Assembly: GCF_964204645.1 (NCBI RefSeq)
Contig: NC_134025.1
Span: 9,734,001 to 9,798,000 of the forward strand
DNA from: Tubulanus polymorphus
Taxonomy: Eukaryota; Animalia; Nemertea
Reading direction: 5' to 3'
Length of the DNA: 64,000 nucleotides
Below, piece after piece: positions 28,153 to 40,472 of this stretch; position 1 is the stretch's first letter; the number at the start of each line of letters is the position of its first letter. Under the pieces are notes generated by a model. That model was not told the DNA's origin and did no database searches. It worked only from the letters and a program-made list of their open reading frames with translations. The translations under genes and the position numbers were made by a program.

Positions 28153-29154
28153 CTATCGGCAGCTGCATAACGACTTTATTTCTTTTCTGAATTTATGATT
28201 AAATATGTAATAAAACACACCATTCACTGCTGTATTAAAGGCTTGAGAAAATTCATTCGCAAGCAATAGCGGCCAGATAATGGAAAATGGAAAGTGAAGA
28301 CCCAATGCATTAAATAGCATGTCAGGGAGAACTGATACCATAAATATTGTGGATGCGATGAATACCATTCTCAGCGCTACCCCATCCTGTTTACCGTGGT
28401 TACTACTAGTTTCTGCGCTGGTCAGCTGTTTTCTTTTTTTAGTGTGAATATTTATTCTAATTATCATAATCAAATTTATCATTGGCACGAAAACGAATGC
28501 TGTATACGTAGAGAATGTGGCTTCAATCAAATGCGATACTGGAGATCGATTCCTAAGCCATTTGCTAGTACGCATATATTTTCCGTACGTGCATTCATTA
28601 AATGTATAAACCACTGTGCGGTCTTTTGAGTGATAGAGGCAAAATATAGACCATGCGATACAAATAAATGCAAATGCTAACTTGCACTGCATTAGTTTCC
28701 AATATCTCCTAGCTTTAAGTGGGAAGCAAATGTGAAATGCTCGATCGAATGTCACTAATATAGTTGTCCAGTTGCGAAGGTAATAGCCCCATTTTTGGAT
28801 CGAATTACCAGCGATTTCCATCTCGGGGGCACCCAACCCACCTGGTAAAAGCAATCCCAACTTTCCGTGTCGGATGAATTTAAGAACCCAAACAAAATGT
28901 ATATAAATCACAACTGCCACGCAGCCTATGATATCAACGATGGCTAAAAACAGTAAATTGTAATACGCGCTTGCGAAGTGATTTGATTTATGTAGTCGGT
29001 ACAGAGCGACGATGGTGAACGAGTTGGAGATTATGCCAAACCATCCGATCGGTCCTACAACAATTGTAACAAAGAGAATCCATAAGGTATCTCTACTGGT
29101 AGGGAAGCTGCAGGTTCCAAATGATATGTTGGATGTAGAGGTAACATTCATCAT
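28153..29154 (-). CDS. Tandem-array GPCR copy 1 (most divergent), 333 aa
   Basis: 7 hydrophobic segments; GIISN, LAIVD, TFDRAFHICFPL, LP in TM6, NGVFY..FN..FR. Confidence 0.9.
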   Translation of the reverse strand: MMNVTSTSNISFGTCSFPTSRDTLWILFVTIVVGPIGWFGIISNSFTIVALYRLHKSNHFASAYYNLLFLAIVDIIGCVAVVIYIHFVWVLKFIRHGKLGLLLPGGLGAPEMEIAGNSIQKWGYYLRNWTTILVTFDRAFHICFPLKARRYWKLMQCKLAFAFICIAWSIFCLYHSKDRTVVYTFNECTYGKYMRTSKWLRNRSPVSHLIEATFSTYTAFVFVPMINLIMIIRINIHTKKRKQLTSAETSSNHGKQDGVALRMVFIASTIFMVSVLPDMLFNALGLHFPFSIIWPLLLANEFSQAFNTAVNGVFYYIFNHKFRKEIKSLCSCR

Positions 29155-30428
29155 TTCGGCTTGTGTGTTATAATCGGTTTCAAGAGTTTCACCGAGAAAA
29201 TTATAGCATTATAAAAAAAACATACGTTATGCTTGGATTTTATAGAAGTGCTGAGTCCCTATATTTAGAAAAAAAAACATTTCGAATGCATGCGAATTCC
29301 TTCCTGGTACGCTAGCAGAACTCAAGCAACGTTTTGTAGCAACATTAGTTCGATGTATACCTAGTGAATACGTTGATTACATTTAATACGCTACACAATA
29401 ATTAACCATACAGATTACGTATGTTCAATGAATCATTACGTTAGGTTAATAGATTGAAAACTCTTTAGGTGTATTTTACAACATTTTAAAGTATGATGAC
29501 CTTTCAAAGACAGAGAGACTGACTAAGCGATACGATATCTTGGCGATATCATTGGATAAAACGAACAAACCTTTAAAGTACTTCTTCTAAAGAACCCCCA
29601 CCCCACCACTCCGCAAAAATGGAAAGGCGCAAGTACAGTCGCGGCTGACATTATAACGCCTTCAATGTTCGTCTCTAGACATTTAGAACGACGATTGAAC
29701 AGGGTTTTTTTTCCATTTTCTATAAACAGCAGGCTTATTTGGATGATTTTGAAGAGACTGCACATTTCTGGATTGTTCCATTCTAGCCAAGGTCACTGTC
29801 CATTGCTGACAAGCAGTTAATCATATGTTTTTCCATTATTTCGTGATGCCCTATCCCTGCAAGTGATTGGTTCATATCAACCAAACATGGACGTCACCAG
29901 AGGGGTCGGGGGTTCGGACGAACCCCCTTTTTAAAGTTATACATTTTTGTGACGACGCCTCAACCAAAAATGTCCAGAAAACGCGGCTCGATGGATGCGG
30001 TGCGAAGTATGGCCTATAGTTCCGCTTGTACGTAATAATTCTGACCCCCTATAAAAACTCCTAGTAACGACGCCTCAGCCAATTTACTACTCAGTTTTAT
30101 TCGCACGTGGACCTTTAATCCTAGCTTGAGTTGTTGGACCAATTTCAAAAGCATGATCAAGCAACGGATTTCCTGAATTCTTTAGATTGTTGATTGTCAT
30201 TTGGAGTTTAGAAAAATATATATAAATGCATAAATGGCAGTAGTTATTTTATCTCATGTTTAAATATGGATGGTCTTTATTAAAACATGGTCGATTAGTT
30301 AGGGTTAGTGATGTTCGATATCCCATATGGCTGCAATGGATACACTGACGCATATCAAATATTAAAAAAACCAAATTGATAAACCAAAAAAGATGTACCT
30401 TAAAAAAGATGTGCCCATAGCTGACATA

Positions 30429-31430
30429 CTAATGGCTGCAACACAGAGATTTTACTTCGTTTCTGAACTTTTTGTTGAATATGTAATAAAATACACCGTT
30501 TACCGCTGAATTGAATGCTTGAGAAAATTCGTTCATAAGCAGCACTGGCCAGACAATGGAAAATGGAAAGATAAGGGATAATATATTAAAAAGTATTTCG
30601 GGAAGGACTGATACCATGAATATAGCGGAGGCAATGAATACCATTCTGAGCCCTACTCCATTTTGTTTACCTGGTTGATTGCTACTTTCCGCGCTTGTTA
30701 GTTTCGTTCTATTTTCTGTATGGATATTGATTCGAATTATCATAATCAAATTTATCAGTGGCACGAACGCAAATGCTGAAAATGTTGAAACTGTAATTTC
30801 AATCATATACATAGTAGAAGATCGCCGGGAAAGCCATTTACTTGTACGCATATATTTACCATACGTGCATTCGTTAATTGTATAGACGATCGTTCGTTCC
30901 TTAGTGTAATAAAGAGTATAAACAGTCCACGTGATTAGAATTGACGCAAAAAACAACTTGCATTGAGTCAGTTTCCAATATCTCCTAGCTTTCAGTGGGA
31001 AGCAAATGTGAAATGCTCGATCGAATGTGACTAATATCGTTGTCCAGTTGCGGAGGTAAAAGCCCCATTTTTGAATCACGTTGCCAGCGATTTCCATCTC
31101 GGGGGAACCCAAATCACCCGGTAAATGCAATCCCAACTTTCCGTGTCGGATGAATTTAAGAACCCAAACGAAATGGATATAAATCACAACTGATACGCAG
31201 CCTATGATATCAACGATGGCAAGTAACAGTAAATTGTAATACGCGCTTGCGAAGTTATTTGATTTATGTAGTCGGTACAGCGCAACTATGGTGAACGAGT
31301 TGGAGATTATGCCAAACCATCCGATCGGTCCTACAACAATTGTAACAAAGAGAATCCATAAGGTATCTCTTCTGGTAGGGAAGCTGCAAGTCCCGAATGA
31401 CATGTTGGATGTAGTGGTAACATTCATCAT
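30429..31430 (-). CDS. Tandem-array GPCR copy 2, 333 aa
   Basis: Same motifs; intact ORF. Confidence 0.9.
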   Translation of the reverse strand: MMNVTTTSNMSFGTCSFPTRRDTLWILFVTIVVGPIGWFGIISNSFTIVALYRLHKSNNFASAYYNLLLLAIVDIIGCVSVVIYIHFVWVLKFIRHGKLGLHLPGDLGSPEMEIAGNVIQKWGFYLRNWTTILVTFDRAFHICFPLKARRYWKLTQCKLFFASILITWTVYTLYYTKERTIVYTINECTYGKYMRTSKWLSRRSSTMYMIEITVSTFSAFAFVPLINLIMIIRINIHTENRTKLTSAESSNQPGKQNGVGLRMVFIASAIFMVSVLPEILFNILSLIFPFSIVWPVLLMNEFSQAFNSAVNGVFYYIFNKKFRNEVKSLCCSH

Positions 31431-32688
31431 TTCGGCTTGTGCGTTATTACGAGTTTCACGGAGAAAATTATAGCATTAGAAAACATAGCTTATGCCTGGA
31501 TTTGGAAGTGCTGTGTCCCTATTGTTTCAGAAAAATAACACATTTAGAATGCATGCGAATTCCTTCCTGGCACGCTAGCAGAACTCAAGCAACGTTTTGT
31601 AGCAACATGAGTTTGAGATAGCGAATACGTTGATTACATTTAATACGCTACTACAAAATAATTAACCATACAGATTACGTATGTTCAATGAATCATTACG
31701 TTAGTTTATTAGATTCAAATCTCTATAGGTGTATTTTACAACATTTTAAAGTATGATGACCTTTCAAAGACAGAGAGACTGACTAAGCGATACGATATCT
31801 TGGCGATATCATTGGATGAAACGAACAAACCTTTAAAGTACTTCTTCTAAAGAGCCCCCACCCCACCACTCCGCAAAAATGGAAAGGCGCAAGTACAGTC
31901 GCGGCTGACATCATAACGCCTTCAATGTTCGTCTCTAGACATTAAGGACGAAGATTGAACAGGGTTTGTTTTTCCATTTTCTATAAACAGCAGGCTTATT
32001 TGGATGATTTTGAAGAGACTGCACATTTCTGGATTGTTCCATTCTAGCCAAGGTCACTGTCCATTGCTGACAAGCAGTTAATCATATGTTTTTCTATTAT
32101 TTCGTGATACCCTATCCCTGCAAGTGATTGGTTCATATCAACCAAACATGGACGTCACCAGAGGGGTCGGGGGTTCGGACGACCCCCTTTTTAAAGTTAT
32201 ACATTTTTGTGACGACGCCTCAACCAAAAATGTCCAGAAAACGCGGCTCGATGGATGCGGTGCGAAGTATGGCCTATAGTTCCGCTTGTACGTAATAATT
32301 CTGACCCCCTATAAAAACTCCTAGTAACGACGCCTCAGCCAATTTACTACTCAGTTTTATTCGCACGTGGACCTTTAATCCTAGCTTGAGTTGTTGGACC
32401 AATTTCAAAAACATGATCAAGCAACGGATTTCCTGAATTCTTTAGATTGTTGATTGTCATTTGGAGTTTAGAAAAATATATATAAATGCATAAATGGCAG
32501 TAGTTATTTTATCTCATGTTTAAATATGGATGGTCTTTATTAAAACATGGTCGATTAGTTAGGGTTAGTGATGTTCGATATCCCATATGGCTGCAATGGA
32601 TACACTGACGCATATCAAATATTAAAAAAACCAAATTGATAAACCAAAAAAGATGTACCTTAAAAAAGATGTGCCCATAGCTGACATA

Positions 32689-33690
32689 CTAATGGCTGCA
32701 ACACAGAGATTTTACTTCGTTTCTGAACTTTTTGTTGAATATGTAATAAAATACACCGTTTACCGCTGAATTGAATGCTTGAGAAAATTCGTTCATAAGC
32801 AGCACTGGCCAGACAATGGAAAATGGAAAGATAAGGGATAATATATTAAAAAGTATTTCGGGAAGGACTGATACCATGAATATAGCGGAGGCAATGAATA
32901 CCATTCTGAGCCCTACTCCATTTTGTTTACCTGGTTGATTGCTACTTTCCGCGCTTGTTAGTTTCGTTCTATTTTCTGTATGGATATTGATTCGAATTAT
33001 CATAATCAAATTTATCAGTGGCACGAAAGCAAATGCTGAAAATGTTGAAACTGTAATTTCAATCATATACATAGTAGAAGATCGCCGGGAAAGCCATTTA
33101 CTTGTACGCATATATTTACCATACGTGCATTCGTTAATTGTATAGACGATCGTTCGTTCCTTAGTGTAATAAAGAGTATAAACAGTCCACGTGATTAGAA
33201 TTGAGGCAAAAAACAACTTGCATTGAGTCAGTTTCCAATATATCCTAGCTTTCAGTGGGAAGCAAATGTGAAATGCTCGATCGAATGTGACTAATATCGT
33301 TGTCCAGTTGCGGAGGTAAAAGCCCCATTTTTGAATCACGTTGCCAGTGATTTCCATCTCGGGTGAACCCAAATCACCCGGTAAATGCAATCCCAACTTT
33401 CCGTGTCGGATGAATTTAAGAACCCAAACGAAATGGATATAAATCACAACTGATACGCAGCCTATGATATCAACGATGGCAAGTAACAGTAAATTGTAAT
33501 ACGCGCTTGCGAAGTTATTTGATTTATGTAGTCGGTACAGCGCAACTATGGTGAACGAGTTGGAGATTATGCCAAACCATCCGATCGGTCCTACAACAAT
33601 TGTAACAAAGAGAATCCATAAGGTATCTCTTCTGGTAGGGAAGCTGCAAGTCCCGAATGACATGTTGGATGTAGTGGTAACATTCATCAT
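32689..33690 (-). CDS. Tandem-array GPCR copy 3, 333 aa
   Basis: Nearly identical to copy 2 (differs at EIAGN/EITGN and ARRYW/ARIYW). Confidence 0.9.
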   Translation of the reverse strand: MMNVTTTSNMSFGTCSFPTRRDTLWILFVTIVVGPIGWFGIISNSFTIVALYRLHKSNNFASAYYNLLLLAIVDIIGCVSVVIYIHFVWVLKFIRHGKLGLHLPGDLGSPEMEITGNVIQKWGFYLRNWTTILVTFDRAFHICFPLKARIYWKLTQCKLFFASILITWTVYTLYYTKERTIVYTINECTYGKYMRTSKWLSRRSSTMYMIEITVSTFSAFAFVPLINLIMIIRINIHTENRTKLTSAESSNQPGKQNGVGLRMVFIASAIFMVSVLPEILFNILSLIFPFSIVWPVLLMNEFSQAFNSAVNGVFYYIFNKKFRNEVKSLCCSH

Positions 33691-34950
33691 TTCGGCTTGT
33701 GCGTTATTACGAGTTTCACGGAGAAAATTATAGCATTAGAAAACATAGCTTATGCCTGGATTTGGAAGTGCTGTGTCCCTATTGTTTCAGAAAAATAAAA
33801 CATTTAGAATGCATGCGAATTCCTTCCTGGCACGCTAGCAGAACTCAAGCAACGTTTTGTAGCAACATGAGTTTGAGATAGCGAATACGTTGATTACATT
33901 TAATACGCTACTACAAAATAATTAACCATACAGATTACGTATGTTCAATGAATCATTACGTTAGTTTATTAGATTCAAATCTCTATAGGTGTATTTTACA
34001 ACATTTTAAAGTATGATGACCTTTCAAAGACAGAGACACTGATTAAGCGATACGATATCTTGGCGATATCATTGGATGAAACGAACAAACCTTTAAAGTA
34101 CTTCTTCTAAAGAACCCCCACCCCACCACTCCGCAAAAATGGAAAGGCGCAAGTACAGTCGCGGCTGACATCATAACGCCTTCAATGTTCGTCTCTAGAC
34201 ATTAAGGACGAAGATTGAACAGGGTTTGTTTTTCCATTTTCTATAAACAGCAGGCTTATTTGGATGATTTTGAAGAGACTGCACATTTCTGGATTGTTCC
34301 ATTCTAGCCAAGGTCACTGTCCATTGCTGACAAGCAGTTAATCATATGTTTTTCCATTATTTCGTGATGCCCTATCCCTGCAAGTGATTGGTTCATATCA
34401 ACCAAACATGGACGTCACCAGAGGGGTCGGGGGTTCGGACGACCCCCTTTTTAAAGTTATACATTTTTGTGACGACGCCTCAACCAAAAATGTCCAGAAA
34501 ACGCGGCTCGATGGATGCGGTGCGAAGTATGGCCTATAGTTCCGCTTGTACGTAATAATTCTGACCCCCCTATAAAAACTCCTAGTAACGACGCCTCGGC
34601 CAATTTACTACTCAGTTTTATTCGCACGTGGACCTTTAATCCTAGCTTGAGTTGTTGGACCAATTTCAAAAGCATGATCAAGCAACGGATTTCCTGAATT
34701 CTTTAGATTGTTGATTGTCATTTGGAGTTTAGAAAAATATATATAAATGCATAAATGGCAGTAGTTATTTTATCTCATGTTTAAATATGGATGGTCTTTA
34801 TTAAAACATGGTCGATTAGTTAGGGTTAGTGATGTTCGATATCCCATATGGCTGCAATGGATACACTGACGCATATCAAATATTAAAAAAACCAAATTGA
34901 TAAACCAAAAAAGATGTACCTTAGAAAAAGATGTGCCCATAGCTGACATA

Positions 34951-35952
34951 CTAATGGCTGCAACACAGAGATTTTACTTCGTTTCTGAACTTTTTGTTGA
35001 ATATGTAATAAAATACACCGTTTACCGCTGAATTGAATGCTTGAGAAAATTCGTTCATAAGCAGCACTGGCCAGACAATGGAAAATGGAAAGATAAGGGA
35101 TAATATATTAAAAAGTATTTCGGGAAGGACTGATACCATGAATATAGCGGAGGCAATGAATACCATTCTGAGCCCTACTCCATTTTGTTTACCTGGTTGA
35201 TTGCTACTTTCCGCGCTTGTTAGTTTCGTTCTATTTTCTGTATGGATATTGATTCGAATTATCATAATCAAATTTATCAGTGGCACGAAAGCAAATGCTG
35301 AAAATGTTGAAACTGTATTTTCAATCATATACATAGTAGAAGATCGCTGGGAAAGCCATTTACTTGTACGCATATATTTACCATACGTGCATTCGTTGAT
35401 TATATAGACGATCGTTCGTTCCTTAGTGTGATAAAGAGTATAAACAGTCCACGTGATTAGAATTGAGGCAAAAAACAACTTGCATTGAGTCAGTTTCCAA
35501 TATCTCCTAGCTTTTAGTGGGAAGCAAATGTGAAATGCTCGATCGAATGTGACTAATATCGTTGTCCAGTTGCGGAGGTAAAAGCCCCATTTTTGAATCA
35601 CGTTGCCAGTGATTTCCATCTCGGGGGCACCCACACCACCCGGTAAAAGCAATCCCAACTTTCCGTGTCGGATGAATTTAAGAACCCAAACGAAATGGAT
35701 ATAAATCACAACTGATACGCAGCCTATGATATCAACGATGGCAAGTAACAGTAAATTGTAATACGCGCTTGCGAAGTTATTTGATTTATGTAGTCGGTAC
35801 AGCGCAACTATGGTGAACGAGTTGGAGATTATGCCAAACCATCCGATCGGTCCTACAACAACTGTAACAATGATAATCCATAAGGTATCTCTTCTGGTAG
35901 GGAAGCTGCAAGTCCCGAATGACATGTTGGATGTAGTGGTAACATTCATCAT
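34951..35952 (-). CDS. Tandem-array GPCR copy 4, 333 aa
   Basis: Same motifs; intact ORF. Confidence 0.9.
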   Translation of the reverse strand: MMNVTTTSNMSFGTCSFPTRRDTLWIIIVTVVVGPIGWFGIISNSFTIVALYRLHKSNNFASAYYNLLLLAIVDIIGCVSVVIYIHFVWVLKFIRHGKLGLLLPGGVGAPEMEITGNVIQKWGFYLRNWTTILVTFDRAFHICFPLKARRYWKLTQCKLFFASILITWTVYTLYHTKERTIVYIINECTYGKYMRTSKWLSQRSSTMYMIENTVSTFSAFAFVPLINLIMIIRINIHTENRTKLTSAESSNQPGKQNGVGLRMVFIASAIFMVSVLPEILFNILSLIFPFSIVWPVLLMNEFSQAFNSAVNGVFYYIFNKKFRNEVKSLCCSH

Positions 35953-37266
35953 TTCGGCTTGTGCGGTATTATGTGTTTCACGGAGAAAATTATAGCTTAG
36001 AAAACATAGCTTATGCCTGGATTTGGAAGTGCTGTGTCCCTATTGTTTCAGAAAAATAACACATTTAGAATGCATGCGAATTCCTTCCTGGCACGCTAGC
36101 AGAACTCAAGCAACGTTTTGTAGCAACATTTGTTTGGGGTAGCGAATACGTTGATTACATTTAACACGCTTCTACACAATAATTAACCATACAGATTACG
36201 TATGTTCAATGAATCATTATGGTAGGTTATTAGATTCGAAACTCTTAAGGTGTATTTTACAACATTTGAAAGTATGATGACCTATCAAATAGAGACTGAC
36301 TTAGTGATACGATTTCTTTGCGATATCATTGAATAAAACGAACAAACTGTATTTCTTCTTTGAAGAACCCTCCTCTCTCCGCAAAAATGGACAGGCGCTA
36401 GTAGTTACGGTTAACATTGTTAACACGTTATGTTCGTCTCTAGACATTTAGGACGAACATTGAACAGAGTATGTTTTTCCAACAACAGACTAATTTGTAT
36501 GATTTTGAAGTGACTGCACAATTCTGGATTGTTCTAAGCCAAGGTCACTGTCCATTGCTGACAAGTTTTTTTTTTCCATTATAACAGATGCCCTTTTCCT
36601 GCAAGCGATTGGTTCATATATCAACTAAACACGGGCGTCTCAAGAGGGGTCGGGGGTGCGGACGACCCCCGTTTTAAAAGTTCTGCATTTTGTTTTTTTT
36701 TACATGCCGGAAATCTAATAAGCATTTTGCCTTAAAATGTCCAGAAAATGCGGCTCGGTGGATGCGATGCAAAGTATAGCATATAGTTCCGCTTGTATGT
36801 AATAATTCTGACCCTTTAAAAACTCCTAGTGACGACGCCTCCTCAGCCAATTTACTTTTCTCAGTTTTGTTAGCACGTGCTCCTTTAATACAAGATTGAG
36901 TTATGTGACCAACTTATACAAGCGTGATCAAGCAACGGATTTCATAATTCCTATAGATTCTTGATAGTCATTTGTAATATAGAAATATATCTGTAAATGC
37001 ATTAATGACACAAGTTATTGTGAGATTTAGATACCTGGAATCAAATCTGTGTACCAAGCTGACTGAGGGAATGCAGGAAGCTTTTTGGCGCTAACCATTT
37101 AAAGATTGATAGCATTTTCCCATGTTTGAATATGGATGGACTTTATCAAAACCTGATCGATTAGTTAGGGGTGATATTCGACATCCCATATGGCTGCAAT
37201 GGATACACTGACGCATATCAAATTAACGATAAAAATACAAAATTGATAAACCAAAAAAGATGTACC

Positions 37267-38346
37267 TTAAACAGATGTGCCCATAGCAACCATATACTGA
37301 TTACAGCACAGAGATTTTACTTCGTTTCTGAACTTTTTGTTGAATATGTAATAAAATACACCGTTTACCGCTGAATTGAATGCTTGAGAAAATTCGTTCA
37401 TAAGCAGCACTGGCCATATAATGGAAAATGGTAAGAGAAGGGATAATATATTAAAAAGTATTTCGGGAAGGACTGATACCATGAATATAGCGGAGGCGAT
37501 GAATATCATTCTGAGCCCTAATCCATTTTGTTTACCTGGTTGATTGCTACTTTCCGCGCTTGTTAGTTTCTTTCTATTTTCTGTATGGATATTGATTCGA
37601 ATTATCATAATCAAATTTATCAGTGGCACGAAAGCAAATGCTGAAAATGTTGAAACTGTATTTTCAATCATATACATAGTAGAAGATCGCCGGGAAAGCC
37701 ATTTACTTGTACGCATATATTTACCATACGTGCATTCGTTGATTATATAGACGATCGTTCGTTCCTTAGTGTGATAAAGAGTATAAACAGTCCACGTGAT
37801 TAGAATTGACGCAAAAAACAACTTGCATTGAGTCAGTTTCCAATATCTCCTAGCTTTCAGTGGGAAGCAAATGTGAAATGCTCGATCGAATGTGACTAAT
37901 ATCGTTGTCCAGTTGCGGAGGTAAAAGCCCCATTTTTGAATCACGTTGCCAGCGATTTCCATCTCGGGGGCACCCACACCACCCGGTAAAAGCAATCCCA
38001 AATTTCCGTGTCGGATGAATTTAAGAACCCAAACGAAATGGATATAAATCACAACTGATACGCAGCCTATGATATCGACGATGGCAAGTAACAGTAAATT
38101 GTAATACGCGCTTGCGAAGTTATTTGATTTATGTAGTCGGTACAGCGCAACTGTGGTGAACGAGTTGGAGATTATGCCAAACCATCCGATCGGTCCTACA
38201 ACAATTGTCACAAAGAGAATCCATAGGGCATCTCTACTGGTAGGGAAACTGCAGGTACTGAAAGATATGTTGGATGTAGTGGTAACATTCATCATTTCGG
38301 CTTGTGTGATTTTTGACAGTAGCGCGGAGAAAATTATATATAGCAT
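37267..38346 (-). CDS. Tandem-array GPCR copy 5 (homologous start 38295; possible 17-aa N-terminal extension; 9-aa longer C-terminus)
   Basis: Same motifs; intact ORF. Confidence 0.88.
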   Translation of the reverse strand: MLYIIFSALLSKITQAEMMNVTTTSNISFSTCSFPTSRDALWILFVTIVVGPIGWFGIISNSFTTVALYRLHKSNNFASAYYNLLLLAIVDIIGCVSVVIYIHFVWVLKFIRHGNLGLLLPGGVGAPEMEIAGNVIQKWGFYLRNWTTILVTFDRAFHICFPLKARRYWKLTQCKLFFASILITWTVYTLYHTKERTIVYIINECTYGKYMRTSKWLSRRSSTMYMIENTVSTFSAFAFVPLINLIMIIRINIHTENRKKLTSAESSNQPGKQNGLGLRMIFIASAIFMVSVLPEILFNILSLLLPFSIIWPVLLMNEFSQAFNSAVNGVFYYIFNKKFRNEVKSLCCNQYMVAMGTSV

Positions 38347-38832
38347 TTGAAAATAGAGCTTATGCCTGGATTCTATAGATGTGTTGTGTCCCTATTATTT
38401 CGGAAAAAAATATATATCAAATGCATGCGAAAGGCACGCCAATAGAACTCATGCAACGTATTTTTAAACGTTAGGTGAAGTGAATAAGTTGCTTCTAACA
38501 TGCTATTGCACAAGCATTAAGGTTATTCTTAATTATCTAAGATTCCAAGCGTCACAGCCAGAGATGGAAGAATTTACATAAACTTCCAAAAGACAACATT
38601 GTATTCTATATTGAAGGTTGTAAATCTTTGATGTGTGGCTATATGCCGATGCCTTCTACTTCGAAAAACTATCAGCTACGCCGTTTTTTTTTTATAAAGA
38701 AATTTAGAAAAAATGTTGGCAAAAACTTATCCACAAAATTCTTGTTGAAGTTATAAATGGGTTTTTCGTCTTGTCATTGCGCTTGTACGATGCGCTTCTG
38801 TACTTAAACGTAAAAAGAAATCGCAAATGCCG

Positions 38833-39837
38833 TTACTCCAAGCAGCATTGTGCATATGCTGTTTTTCTGAATGTTTTACTGGCGATCATATATATGATAA
38901 AATTCGCGGCAGAGTCAATAGGTGTTAGATTATCTAAAAAATCGAACAAATGCTCGACTTGGAGATTAGCTTCGTATGCAACGAAATAGTTGAATATTCT
39001 CGAGACGACAGCTGGTGATTCACATACCAAGTATACTATTGTTGCTATGACCACTAGTTGAGTTGCTTTTGTAGAAGCATTTTTATTTGAGGTTGTCTGA
39101 GATGACGTAATCTGTTTTCTAAATTCTAGAGAACGACCGACTGACCAAAGAAGCACTATGTTTGCAAGCATGAGGATTATCATTGGTGTGTTTACTGTTA
39201 CTACTAAATAGATCCACGTAGAGCTCAAATCCATCGCTTTGCCTTTCTCAAATTTTGAGTAAATTGCACCAACAGAGATGGGAGCTTCGCTCCAGCATTT
39301 AAACAGAATGATGCTGCCACCGAAATAACGGGGAATATATAACGCTGATGATACGACAACAATTATAGCTATGCTTGTATTAACACATTTTCTATTGATG
39401 TATCTTCGAGACAAAAGCGGGAACAAAACGTGCAGGCACCGGACAACTGCGGATAGGACAACAACCCAATTCCGTATTGTTACTGTCGACTTGTAGGCAG
39501 CTATGCGCAGCCAATTCCAGATCGGAAATACGCCGTAATCGCGACGGCGAAACACTGCGTCTCCGTAAATAATTTGGAAAATGATTCGACGTAATGGAGT
39601 ATCGAGAAATATGTTTACAAGATACACCGTATCAGCTAACGACAGCAGAATAAGCAGATATAGGGCTTGTCCACTTTCAGTCATTTTTCGGAAGACGAAA
39701 ATACCGAAGATGTTCAAGATTATACCTGCCACGCAGGTTGTTCCGATGCCATACACTATCATGTAGTGTTTGAATACTTGTTTTGCACTGAACGGGCATT
39801 GTAAACTCATTGAAGTCGTATTCACGAGAACTATCAT
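38833..39837 (-). CDS. Intronless rhodopsin-class GPCR, distant paralog of the array
   Basis: GIILN, LSLAD, RNW in TM3 shared with the array, VRCLHVLFP (DRY replaced), CESP, NFIIY; first ATG 39837 (frame open to 39885). Confidence 0.88.
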   Translation of the reverse strand: MIVLVNTTSMSLQCPFSAKQVFKHYMIVYGIGTTCVAGIILNIFGIFVFRKMTESGQALYLLILLSLADTVYLVNIFLDTPLRRIIFQIIYGDAVFRRRDYGVFPIWNWLRIAAYKSTVTIRNWVVVLSAVVRCLHVLFPLLSRRYINRKCVNTSIAIIVVVSSALYIPRYFGGSIILFKCWSEAPISVGAIYSKFEKGKAMDLSSTWIYLVVTVNTPMIILMLANIVLLWSVGRSLEFRKQITSSQTTSNKNASTKATQLVVIATIVYLVCESPAVVSRIFNYFVAYEANLQVEHLFDFLDNLTPIDSAANFIIYMIASKTFRKTAYAQCCLE

Positions 39838-40472
39838 CACAGCTTGCGAGAGATTGGACGAAGTCAGTAATAGAACGAGCCTCACACAGTGAAGTTGTTA
39901 TTGTATGCTAATCAAATCTAAAGCAAAAATCAAAACTGAAAAGAAAGCTGAAATGAATATATTATGATATGATGTATCAATATATAATTTGTATCTGAAT
40001 ATAAAACGTGTTTCTCTTTAATATTGATTATAAATCATTTATATATCTTGACGAAGTAAATGAAACTGAGTAGACCTCATCGACTTTGGAACTAGAGATA
40101 ACTGGTTCGTAGAAGCATCATCTATGTTCAGAACATTTATTTGGCCTTCGTCATGACGAAAATAATGTTAATCAATGTATAAACACCTGTGCATAAAGTA
40201 TTGCCATAAACTGGATTGATAACTTGAATTATTCGATAAGTACTGGCATTCAGGAATCAGCTTCAAAACTTCCCTGGACCCGGATCATTAAGGGTGCTTG
40301 CTGCGTAATCAGGTAATCTACAAATCCTATTTTGTAGCCCTTAGACGGCAACACTGAGATTTAAGACTACCATTGATTTATTATTTGATAAAACTCGAGC
40401 ATCTAATCATAACTGCGGTATCATACCATTTTCTATTCATTTTAAAGGATTGAAAAGTATTTCTCGCTGAAA

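Larger units (their letters stand above)
28153..38450. repeat. Tandem segmental array, ~2.26-2.34-kb unit (gene + spacer) x5
   Basis: Start-codon spacings 2276, 2260, 2262 and 2343 bp; spacers are near-identical, each carrying a small GC-rich MITE-like insert (e.g. ~29888-30075). Confidence 0.95.
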
